Below are positions 27,725 through 35,442 of a DNA stretch of 40,396 nt, piece after piece. This DNA comes from Lysobacterales bacterium (GTDB lineage: Bacteria > Pseudomonadota > Gammaproteobacteria > Xanthomonadales > SZUA-36). Location of the stretch: the NCBI GenBank assembly GCA_032250585.1, contig JAVVFH010000002.1, positions 1-40,396 on the forward strand, read 5' to 3'. Each line of letters starts with the position of its first letter. The stretch's first letter is position 1. A model generated the notes under the pieces. That model saw only the letters and a program-made list of their open reading frames with translations, was not told where the DNA came from and did no database searches. Position numbers and translations under genes: made by a program.

Positions 27725-28522
27725 ATGCTGCTGATGTCCGTTATCCTGATCCTGCAGGAAACCCTCGAGGCCGCCATGCTGGTCAGTATCCTGGCCGCCG
27801 TCACGCTGCAGGCAGGGCGCCACCTGAGTTGGCTGCCGTGGGGCTTCGCCGGCGGCTGCATCATGGCCTTCGTGTATGCAGCCAACATTCAACGGATCTC
27901 CGAATGGTTCGACTTCGTTGGACAGGAACTGACCAACGCGGCCTTGCAAGCCACGATCGCGGCGGCCATTGTGCTGCTGGCCTGGCGGATATCCCGCATC
28001 TACGCGACCGGCGATGCGGCAGCAGTCGCGCCAGGCCGCCACGGTTCGATGTTCCAGGTCCTTTGCGCCTTGATCATCGGCCTGGCGGTAACCCGGGAAG
28101 GCTCGGAGATCCTCGTGTACCTCGGCGGCTTCCTGGCACAGAGCGACAAGAGCCAGGCCGTGCTGACCGGCAGCGCCATCGGCTTCGGCATCGGCCTCAG
28201 CGTGGGCCTGCTCCTGTTCCATGGCCTGCTGGCGCTGGGCGACAAGCGCTGGATTCCGTTCGCGCTGCTCGGGCTGTTCTGCGGCAATATGCTGGCGCAA
28301 TCGGCCCTCCAACTGACGCAGGCAGACTGGCTGCAGCCGGGCCCAACCCTCTGGGACAGTTCCGCCTGGCTGTCGGAGCACTCGGTCATCGGGCGCTTGC
28401 TATACGCCCTGTTGGGCTACGAAGCCAACCCATCGACGGCCCAGGTCATCGGCTACCTGACCGGGGCCGCGGCCGTGCTGGCTGCCGCCCTGGCGCCGAC
28501 CCGATCCGTGGCCAAGGCGTGA
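27725..28522 (+). CDS. FTR1-family high-affinity iron permease
   Basis: Polytopic membrane protein with one canonical REGSE motif (AVTREGSEILVYLGG). The first-helix motif is degenerate, QETLE instead of RExxE. Confidence 0.82.
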   Translation: MLLMSVILILQETLEAAMLVSILAAVTLQAGRHLSWLPWGFAGGCIMAFVYAANIQRISEWFDFVGQELTNAALQATIAAAIVLLAWRISRIYATGDAAAVAPGRHGSMFQVLCALIIGLAVTREGSEILVYLGGFLAQSDKSQAVLTGSAIGFGIGLSVGLLLFHGLLALGDKRWIPFALLGLFCGNMLAQSALQLTQADWLQPGPTLWDSSAWLSEHSVIGRLLYALLGYEANPSTAQVIGYLTGAAAVLAAALAPTRSVAKA

Positions 28523-28533
28523 CCACGACCATC

Positions 28534-29262
28534 ATGAAGCAGATCGTGCTGGGCTCTGCCCGCGCGGCAGCTCTTCTGGTGTTGCTGACTGCAGCACCCG
28601 CCCCAACGCCGGCGGACGGGGTCATCATCGACAAGGTTTACCATCCCTATGTGCAGCCCCTGGAAAAAGAACTGGAATGGCGCGCGATCCATCAGGATGA
28701 GCAACGAGGCCGCCCGGACAACCTGCAGCTGTATCGCCTCGCTTACGGTCAGTCGCTGGGTGAGCGATGGTTTGCCGAGCTCTACCTCGTGGGCAGCAAC
28801 TCCGACGAGGGTCGTTTCGATATCGAAGCCTACGAAATTGAGGCGCAAAGGCAGCTGACCGAGCAGGGCGAGTACTGGGCCGACTGGGGCGTGCTGTTTG
28901 AGCTCGAGAAGGAGGCCGACCTGGACGCCTGGGAGTTTTCGACCGGCCTGCTCGCCGAGAAGGAATGGGGCCGCTGGAGCGGCACCGCGAACCTATTCCT
29001 GGAGTATGAGTGGGGCTCGGACATCGCTGATGAAGCAGAGACCCGCCTGGGTCTGCAGGCCCGCTATCGACACTCGCCGGGCTTCGAACCCGCTGTCGAA
29101 ATCTACAGCGGGGAAGACACGCACGGCATCGGCCCGGCCGTACTGGGCCAGCTGCCGCTCGGCCACAGGCGTCAAATCAGATGGGAAGCAGGCGTCATTT
29201 TCGGCGTCGGAAGCAAAAGCCCGGACACCACGCTGCGCTTCCTGTTGGAGTTCGAATTTTAA
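28534..29262 (+). CDS. Outer-membrane beta-barrel protein (unknown family)
   Basis: Signal peptide MKQIVLGSARAAALLVLLTAAPAPTPA. Alternating amphipathic strands with many aromatic residues. C-terminus ...TLRFLLEFEF ends in Phe. An alternative GTG start at 28519 overlaps the FTR1 stop (GTGA). Confidence 0.62.
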   Translation: MKQIVLGSARAAALLVLLTAAPAPTPADGVIIDKVYHPYVQPLEKELEWRAIHQDEQRGRPDNLQLYRLAYGQSLGERWFAELYLVGSNSDEGRFDIEAYEIEAQRQLTEQGEYWADWGVLFELEKEADLDAWEFSTGLLAEKEWGRWSGTANLFLEYEWGSDIADEAETRLGLQARYRHSPGFEPAVEIYSGEDTHGIGPAVLGQLPLGHRRQIRWEAGVIFGVGSKSPDTTLRFLLEFEF

Positions 29263-29340
29263 CCCACATCGTGGGCCAACAGGTTTTCGGCCGGGTGACC
29301 GCCACGCGCATGCGGTTTTTGCGCCTGCTGCCTGCGGGCA

Positions 29341-29778
29341 TCAACCGCAGCCTTCGAAACCCTCGGAATCCATCCTGGCCTCGTAAGGAGCGGCTACTTC
29401 GCCGCCGGGCGTGAGGGTGGGCTTCACGCTGTCCCAGTCCTCGGGATCCAACTGCACCATCCAGGCGGTGTAGGGGTCCTCGTTGGCCTTGCCGGGATGG
29501 GCGACCAGGTCCTCGTTGACCGCGACCACCTCGCCGCCGGCCGCGGACTTGGCGGGGCCGACCCATTTGCCCGATTCGACGGTAGCGCAGGACTTGCCCG
29601 GCCGGACCTTGCGCCCAACTTTCTTGGGCGTGAAGGCGACCAGCTGGCCGGCCATCGCCGTGGCGACGGCCGTCATGCCAATCCGGACGGTACCGTCACC
29701 GACCTCGGTGAACCAAATGTGGTTGTCGACATCGTAAAGCAAGTCGTCCGGTAGAGTACATCCGCGAACCGTTGGCAT
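29341..29778 (-). CDS. lbpA: Lipoate-binding protein of the sHdr system (GcvH-like)
   Basis: GcvH fold signature ...YDVDNHIWF..., ...GMTAVA...G.LV... and the lipoyl-lysine context ATVESGKWVGP. A GGAGG RBS lies 8 nt upstream of the ATG. The gene is adjacent to the hdr genes. Confidence 0.85.
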   Translation of the reverse strand: MPTVRGCTLPDDLLYDVDNHIWFTEVGDGTVRIGMTAVATAMAGQLVAFTPKKVGRKVRPGKSCATVESGKWVGPAKSAAGGEVVAVNEDLVAHPGKANEDPYTAWMVQLDPEDWDSVKPTLTPGGEVAAPYEARMDSEGFEGCG

Positions 29779-29807
29779 TTCAGAACCTCCCGAGTTTGTT
29801 CCATGAA

Positions 29808-29889
29808 ACGGGGTCAGAGTACGTTTTCCCGACGGGCCATCTCAAGCCGTTCGGGAGTCAGGGAAATGGTACTCTGACCCCGTTTTTTT
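29808..29889. repeat. 76-nt palindromic element (perfect 15-bp arms) followed by a T7 run; terminator-like on the plus strand, intercistronic stem-loop on the minus strand
   Basis: acggggtcagagtac (29808-29822) pairs with gtactctgaccccgt (29869-29883). The 46-nt interior can pair further (ttttccc/gggaaa, gac/gtc). ttttttt follows, with its first T being the last base of the right arm. The element lies 30 nt upstream of the lbpA start codon on the minus strand. Confidence 0.55.
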
Positions 29890-30309
29890 GTCCGAGTCAA
29901 CCCTTTCCCGAACGGGTCTTGACGCGCAACAGAACTCGCCGAGCTGCGCGCTTTCCATTTTGCCGCTGACGAACAGGTAAAGGTGCCTGGCGACCAGCGC
30001 CATCATGCGCGCACGCGACGCGCTTTCCTCATGATCCGGCTGCAGCGTGAGCAGATTGTAATGCCAGGCCAGCTCACGGCAGGTTTCGCGGCAGGCGTTG
30101 AAGCTGGGCTCCTTGTCCGCCCCCTGGCGGTGCAGGGCGAGCAGGCGAAAACCCTCGCGCTCCCGGTGAGTCGGCTGATGACCCCGCGCGCTCACCCAGT
30201 GTTCCAGAACCTCCTCACCCAGCGCCAGCAGTTCCTCCGCGTCAGTAGCGGTGCCCGACGCTGCACAAAGCGCATCCAGGCGCACGCCAATCGCCGCGAG
30301 TGTCCTCAC
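29842..30309 (-). CDS. Hypothetical 155-aa Cys-rich helical protein, translationally coupled to hdrB2
   Basis: The GTG at 30309 overlaps the hdrB2 stop (GTGA). Product is VRTLAAIGVRLDALCAASG...FNACRETCRELAWHYNLL...GEFCCASRP... with five Cys, including a CxxxC and a CC. The last roughly 15 codons are encoded by the palindromic element, so the C-terminus is uncertain. Confidence 0.45.
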   Translation of the reverse strand: MRTLAAIGVRLDALCAASGTATDAEELLALGEEVLEHWVSARGHQPTHREREGFRLLALHRQGADKEPSFNACRETCRELAWHYNLLTLQPDHEESASRARMMALVARHLYLFVSGKMESAQLGEFCCASRPVRERVDSDKKTGSEYHFPDSRTA

Positions 30310-31253
30310 GCCAGGCCCTTTTTCTTCATCAGGCCGAAGGAGTCGGACACGTTTTCGTGCAGCCCGACTTTCTTCGGTTTGAGGCCCATCGCCATGCCCA
30401 ACAGCTGCGTGAAATAGACGATCTTGACACGGGTTTTCAGGCCCAGGGTTTTCTCCGCACGGATCTGGTGCATTTCCAGGCCGCTGTGGCAGGTCGGGCA
30501 CTCGGTGGCAATTACCTCGGCGCCGGCCGCTTCGGCAGCCTGCAGGATGTTGGCAACCAGCCGGGTCGACGTGTCGCTGTCTGAAAGCGTATGCGCGCCG
30601 CCGCAACAGGCGGTCTTCAGCGGGAAGTCCACGTTTTCGGCGCCGGCCGCCGCCAGCAGGTCGTCCATGAAATGGGGCTTTGATGTCGATTCGCTACCCG
30701 CGCCCTGGTCTTTCTCCGGAAAGATATGCCGCGGCCGGGTGTACATGCAGCCATAGTAGTTGGCGATCTTCATGCCCTGCAGGGAGTTTTTAACCCGCTC
30801 TTTCAGGCCTTCCTCGCCAATGGTCTGCTTGACCCAGTCCAGTGCGTGGATGGTTTCCACCTGGCCGGCCCGGTAGCCGTCGTGGCCCGCTTTCTTCGAC
30901 AGGCGGTCGACGACTTCGCGCGAATCGGGATCGTTCGCCAGGTCGTACTCGGCTTTCTTGAGGTTGTGGTAGCAGCCGTTGCACGGCGCCATGACGACGT
31001 CCATCTTCATTTTGTTGGCGGCGATCGACATCACCCGCGAAGACAGGTAAGTCTGCAGCTTGGGGTCGATATTCTTCACTTCCATCGCGCCGCAGCAGTT
31101 CCAGTTTTCCACTTCCTTGAGCCTTAAACCCAGTGCTTTGCCCAGTGCCTTGGTGGAGCGGTTATAGGCGTGGCCGCTGCCCTCCAGCGCACAGCCGGGA
31201 TAGTAGGCGACTTCCTGGTACCTGGATTTCAGGTCGGTTTTTTTAACGGGCAT
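30306..31253 (-). CDS. hdrB2: Heterodisulfide-reductase-like subunit B2 (CCG domains)
   Basis: The ATG at 31253 is preceded by AGGAGG. MPVKKTDLKSRYQEVAYYPGCALEGSG..., NWNCCGA and KTACCGGAH are CCG-domain motifs. It overlaps the hdrC2 stop by 11 nt. Confidence 0.88.
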   Translation of the reverse strand: MPVKKTDLKSRYQEVAYYPGCALEGSGHAYNRSTKALGKALGLRLKEVENWNCCGAMEVKNIDPKLQTYLSSRVMSIAANKMKMDVVMAPCNGCYHNLKKAEYDLANDPDSREVVDRLSKKAGHDGYRAGQVETIHALDWVKQTIGEEGLKERVKNSLQGMKIANYYGCMYTRPRHIFPEKDQGAGSESTSKPHFMDDLLAAAGAENVDFPLKTACCGGAHTLSDSDTSTRLVANILQAAEAAGAEVIATECPTCHSGLEMHQIRAEKTLGLKTRVKIVYFTQLLGMAMGLKPKKVGLHENVSDSFGLMKKKGLA

Positions 31254-32016
31254 CCTGGATTTCCTCCTGTGCGGAACGGACAAGTTCGTCCAGCCCCAGC
31301 GCCTTGCGGTGTTGCGCTTCGCGCTGCTTCGCGTATTCGGTCATGGCCTCGCGGGCCCCGGCCCAGCCCCGGATGCGCGGCCGGACCACATTGGCCAGGC
31401 CCATGCGGGTCATCAATCCGAGCGGCAGGTGACGCAGCAGGCCCCTGGCCATGTCCAGCAGCCAGGGTTGCAGCAGGGCCTGGCCGCTGCGCTGGAGGAA
31501 CTTGCGAATGGTGCGGCCATCTTCGATCTTGCCGGTCTCGAACACCTGCTCGCTGAAGACCTCATCGAAAATCATCGAATGCGACTTCGGCGTGTGGCCT
31601 TTGAGTTCCAACCAGTGCGCGGTGGCCTTCATCACGCCTTCCGGAAACACGTCGCGGGGACAGGCGTAAGTGCACTTGTTGCAGGACACGCACTGCCAGA
31701 TGATGTCCTTGTCGCGCAACAGTTCTGACTCCATGCCCATGCGGATCAGATAAATCCAGTAGCGCGGGTTGAAGTCCTCGTTGAGCGCGTGCACTGTGCA
31801 GGAATTGGTGCAGGAGCCGCATTGCCAGCAACGATGGATGTTCTCGCCACCCGGCAGCGCGGAAATCTCCTCCTCGATGGCCTCGTTGTAGTCGGTCACC
31901 ACGCGGCTCTCGATGAAAGTGCTCCAGTGACCGGAGACGTCCACGCCCTCGACTTCGAGGTGCTCGTGGACCTTCAGGTTCTCGGGGCGGATCAGTGATT
32001 TTTCATGTATCGGCAT
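31243..32016 (-). CDS. hdrC2: Heterodisulfide-reductase-like subunit C2 (two 4Fe-4S motifs)
   Basis: CWQCGSCTNSC and CVSCNKCTYACP ferredoxin-type cluster motifs. Its position is between hyp and hdrB2. Confidence 0.88.
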   Translation of the reverse strand: MPIHEKSLIRPENLKVHEHLEVEGVDVSGHWSTFIESRVVTDYNEAIEEEISALPGGENIHRCWQCGSCTNSCTVHALNEDFNPRYWIYLIRMGMESELLRDKDIIWQCVSCNKCTYACPRDVFPEGVMKATAHWLELKGHTPKSHSMIFDEVFSEQVFETGKIEDGRTIRKFLQRSGQALLQPWLLDMARGLLRHLPLGLMTRMGLANVVRPRIRGWAGAREAMTEYAKQREAQHRKALGLDELVRSAQEEIQDAR

Positions 32017-32075
32017 CGATCAATCCCGTTTTTCCATGCGGCGGCCGGCGGCAAGGGTTTTGTCGGGCATCGGGT

Positions 32076-32975
32076 TCATTCGCTACGGCGCGCGCGGGTC
32101 CCATCATCCCGCAGTTCCGAATCGTCGATGACGTAGGCTTCGCCATCGATCGATTTGAGGCGCGTGCGGCCGCTGCCCGCGCGCACGCCGTCCAGGCCCA
32201 GCAGACGGCGGGTGTGTTCCATCGGGTCGTCGGGCGCCGAGAAATCCGCGCGCAGGTAGGCGCCGCCCTGGGCGGAGATGTAATCCGCGTAGACCTTGGC
32301 GCAGAGCAGGTCCACGTACCAGGGCACGTCGCGAAACACGCCGTTGTCGGTCAGAAACTGGCTGAGTTCCTCGCGCAGCATCAGGTAGGTCGCGAAGTCG
32401 TCGGCCACCGGAATGGTGATGTTATCGACCTCGTCGCCGAACCAGATTTCGCGGATCACACCGGTATTGGCCTTTTCGTCCCAGACCCAACGGGTCATCA
32501 GCGGGTAGCGTTCGGGGTCCACGCCGTGCAGGATTTCTGCCGCCAGGTCTCTTACCCAGCGGTGCTTGCGGTCCTGCGGGAAGCGCGCACAGAATGCGGC
32601 GACACGCTGGTCCGTAGTCGTCGTGTCGCGGATGCCGTCGAGCAGCAGGCTGATCGCGGCGGTCATCTCACCGTAGGCGGGCTGTTCCAGCCAGGGCCCG
32701 ACCCGGCGGCGAACGCTGGCCATGAAGGCGCAGAGATTCTTGAAGGTATCCAGCGGCAGGTCACCTGGATGACCCGCGTCCAGGGCTTGCTGAAACATCT
32801 GGTTTTTCAGTTTCAGCGCATCCGTCCAGGCCTCCACACCCCCCTGCAGGTCGGTGCCCTGGATCAGCGTCTCGAAGGCGCGCTTCAGGATCGGCCCGCT
32901 GAGGTCCAGGCGCGGGCGCTCCAGTTCACGGCGACGCGCCGCTTGCAGGGACCGGGAAGCGAAGATGCCAGCCAA
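32076..32975 (-). CDS. Conserved hypothetical protein of sHdr operons (Hyp)
   Basis: A 299-aa soluble protein located exactly between hdrA and hdrC2, as in the canonical hdrC1B1A-hyp-hdrC2B2 order. I see no recognisable cofactor motif. Confidence 0.78.
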   Translation of the reverse strand: MAGIFASRSLQAARRRELERPRLDLSGPILKRAFETLIQGTDLQGGVEAWTDALKLKNQMFQQALDAGHPGDLPLDTFKNLCAFMASVRRRVGPWLEQPAYGEMTAAISLLLDGIRDTTTTDQRVAAFCARFPQDRKHRWVRDLAAEILHGVDPERYPLMTRWVWDEKANTGVIREIWFGDEVDNITIPVADDFATYLMLREELSQFLTDNGVFRDVPWYVDLLCAKVYADYISAQGGAYLRADFSAPDDPMEHTRRLLGLDGVRAGSGRTRLKSIDGEAYVIDDSELRDDGTRARRSE

Positions 32976-32979
32976 GGCG

Positions 32980-34029
32980 CTAACCGACCAGTCGGGCCGA
33001 CAACTGGCGCTGCTCGAGCGCCGCCATCGCCGCCGCCTTGGCCTGAGCGATCGAGTCGTCGATGGTTTCCGGCCCCGTTGCCGAGCCGGCGACGAAAACG
33101 CCTGTGCGGTTGGTCAGGCCGGTGGCCAGGTAACTGTTCGCCTTGTCGAGGTAGCCGTGCACCTCGAGGTCGACGCCGAAAATCTCCGAAATCTGCTTGT
33201 TGTCGCGATTCGGATCCATGCCGATGGCATGAACCACCAGGTCGAAAGGAATCGTGATCGGGCGCTTGACCAGCGTGTCTTCGCCCTTGACGATCAGTTT
33301 CTCGCCGTCCGAGGTGACTTCTGCGATGCGCGCCTTGATGTACTTGACCTTGAACTCTTCCTGGCTCTTCCAGTAATACTTGGTCTCGTACAGTCCGAAG
33401 GTCCGGATGTCCATGTAGTAAATGTAAACATGGCAGTCGGGCAGTTCCTCGCGGATTTCCATCGCCAGGTTCGCAGACACCGTACAGCAGATTTTCGAGC
33501 ACCATTCACGGCCTATCTGCCGGTCGCGCGAACCCACGCAGAGCAGGATCGCAACCCGTGTGGGTTTGCGCCCGTCCGAGGGACAGCGCACGCCCTGGCC
33601 TGAAGAGATCATCTGCTCGACCTGCGAAGTCGTCACCACGTCCGGATAGGTGCCGAAACCCCATTCCGGCTTGTTGGCCGAATCGAAATGCGTGAAGCCG
33701 GTGCACAGGACCGCTGCTGAAACCTCCACGGCATCGCCGCTGGAGAGCCTGGCGGTGAAGGCGCCGACCTCGCCGTCGAAGGAGGACACCATGGTGGAGG
33801 TGCGAACATCCACCCGTTCGTGCTGCTCGACGCGCTCGACCATCGAGCCGATGGCATCTTTTGCCCATTCGCCCGAGGGCACCAGCTTGGCGTAGCCCTT
33901 GAGGATCGGCGCACCGCCCAGCCGGCCCTCTTTTTCCACCAGGATGCACGGCTGCCCGAAAGCCGCCAGCGAGTGGGCTGCGGCCAGCCCTGCCGGTCCG
34001 CCGCCTACGATCAAGATTGGTTTCGACAT
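32980..34029 (-). CDS. hdrA: Heterodisulfide-reductase-like subunit A (FAD flavoprotein, short sHdrA type)
   Basis: MSKPILIVGGGPAGLAAAHSLA dinucleotide-binding motif. The length of about 349 aa is typical of bacterial sHdrA. C-terminal GVFVAGSATGP motif. Confidence 0.9.
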   Translation of the reverse strand: MSKPILIVGGGPAGLAAAHSLAAFGQPCILVEKEGRLGGAPILKGYAKLVPSGEWAKDAIGSMVERVEQHERVDVRTSTMVSSFDGEVGAFTARLSSGDAVEVSAAVLCTGFTHFDSANKPEWGFGTYPDVVTTSQVEQMISSGQGVRCPSDGRKPTRVAILLCVGSRDRQIGREWCSKICCTVSANLAMEIREELPDCHVYIYYMDIRTFGLYETKYYWKSQEEFKVKYIKARIAEVTSDGEKLIVKGEDTLVKRPITIPFDLVVHAIGMDPNRDNKQISEIFGVDLEVHGYLDKANSYLATGLTNRTGVFVAGSATGPETIDDSIAQAKAAAMAALEQRQLSARLVG

Positions 34030-34044
34030 CGTCGTGTTACCCGA

Positions 34045-35391
34045 TCAGCCCTGTTCAATTTTCTGAAAGCCCGGTCCCGAGGTAATTGCGAGACGGGGAT
34101 CGTAGAGGCTTTCGAAGCGGCCGGCTTCCACCTCCTTGAGATAGGCTTCGAATTCCGCCTTGGCGGCCTGCCAGTCGATGCCCATTTTATCCATCAGCGT
34201 CTCGGTGGCCGAGGCATGCCAATGGGACTGCACGATCTTGTAGGGGTGGGCGCCGCAGGCCAAAGCCGCGAACTGCACGTCGGCGAGTATCGGCAGGCTG
34301 TAGTCCTTGCCGGCCGCCTTGCCGATCCACTGGTTCTTGTCCAGCGTGGTGATGCAGCCGGTGTCGTGGCCGATCATCACATCGGCCTGCGCCTCCTCGA
34401 CGGCCACCTTGATCTTGCGGTCGATGGCGAAGGAGCGCGTGAACTCGCGCTCGGAAATGATGTGGCGGAAACCGAAGCCGCAGCAGTCGTACCAGGTGGA
34501 GTAATCGATCACCTGCGCGCCCAGCGATTCCATGATGCCGGTCGAGACGGCCAAGCGGTTGCCACCGAGGATGTCGTCGTCGTAAATCGCGTCCTGGGGC
34601 ACCATCTTGTAGACGTGGCAGGCCGGGTGGATGGTTGCGCGGATGTGGCTGGCGTCGATGGTCTGGCGCCGTGCGATATCCTCGCGCATCATGTGCGCCC
34701 ATTCCGAGTAATGCACGACTTCTTCGGGGATCAGCAACTTGTCGTCGACCAGCCGGCCCAGCTTGGCGAGGATTTTTTTCACCTTTTCGCGCAATTCCGC
34801 CGAATGGATCAGGTAGGCGCGAACTTCTTTGTAATTACCGAATGATGTACCGCAATGCACCAGCGGATAGAAGTAGCCGTCCGGCAAGCCCTGAGCGCGC
34901 GCCGACACGTAGGCCTGGTGGAAATTGCGCAGGAACACGGCCGCCAGGCTGACGATGTTGCCGATCCCGGAACCGTGGTAGTTCCAGGCCGTGCAGGAGG
35001 TCTGGTCGGTTTCGTCCAGGTACTTGATGTGCAGTTCATTCATCAGCCACAGCAGTGACGCCGGATAGCCCGGTATATTGCCGCACTGCCCGCAGGACTT
35101 GTGGTGCCAGAGCTGGGTGGTGGGTACTTTTTTGTCCCAGCCGTAAAGCGTCTTGGCCATTCGCGGCTGGTGCTGCTCGCCAACCCGGTGCACGACGATC
35201 TCGCCGTCTTTCTCGAGCTCCCACATGGCGTCGCGCACGTCCTCCACGCGGTCCTTGTTGGTTTCCATGGAGCGTTTGTCGATAACCTGCTCGACCCAGG
35301 CGGTGGCGGTGCGCGCCTCCTGGGGGCTCAGGTTGGCGTCGCGCCACTCGGGGCCGTGGCCGGTAAAGCGTTCGCCGTTTCCGTTCGTCAT
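34045..35391 (-). CDS. hdrB1: Heterodisulfide-reductase-like subunit B1 (CCG domains)
   Basis: A 448-aa protein with HKSCGQCGN, WYDCCGFGFRH and HDTGCITTL motifs. A GGAGAG RBS precedes the ATG. Confidence 0.9.
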   Translation of the reverse strand: MTNGNGERFTGHGPEWRDANLSPQEARTATAWVEQVIDKRSMETNKDRVEDVRDAMWELEKDGEIVVHRVGEQHQPRMAKTLYGWDKKVPTTQLWHHKSCGQCGNIPGYPASLLWLMNELHIKYLDETDQTSCTAWNYHGSGIGNIVSLAAVFLRNFHQAYVSARAQGLPDGYFYPLVHCGTSFGNYKEVRAYLIHSAELREKVKKILAKLGRLVDDKLLIPEEVVHYSEWAHMMREDIARRQTIDASHIRATIHPACHVYKMVPQDAIYDDDILGGNRLAVSTGIMESLGAQVIDYSTWYDCCGFGFRHIISEREFTRSFAIDRKIKVAVEEAQADVMIGHDTGCITTLDKNQWIGKAAGKDYSLPILADVQFAALACGAHPYKIVQSHWHASATETLMDKMGIDWQAAKAEFEAYLKEVEAGRFESLYDPRLAITSGPGFQKIEQG

Positions 35392-35442
35392 TTGCTTCTC
35401 TCCAGATTCTGCTTCATGAGCGCAGCTCCCACATCACATCGC

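Noticed and set aside
27829-29262. A 477-aa plus-strand ORF spanning the FTR1 gene and the barrel gene
   Set aside because: Its first roughly 235 codons are an R/G/P-rich alternative frame over the FTR1 permease. Only the portion from 28519/28534 onward (signal peptide plus barrel) is credible.
29261-29325. Weak hairpins (cccac-atc-gtggg at about 29264-29276; accgc...gcggt-tttt at about 29298-29321) in the convergent gap between the barrel gene and lbpA
   Set aside because: The stems are only 5 bp with poor or ambiguous T-tracts on either strand. They are not strong enough to call terminators.
29842-30309. An Rx4H-like motif (RELAWH) in the small Cys-rich ORF, suggesting a HEPN/DUF86 toxin
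   Set aside because: It is a single short motif with no adjacent nucleotidyltransferase antitoxin gene, and the surrounding sequence does not resemble HEPN helices I can recall. It is most likely coincidental.
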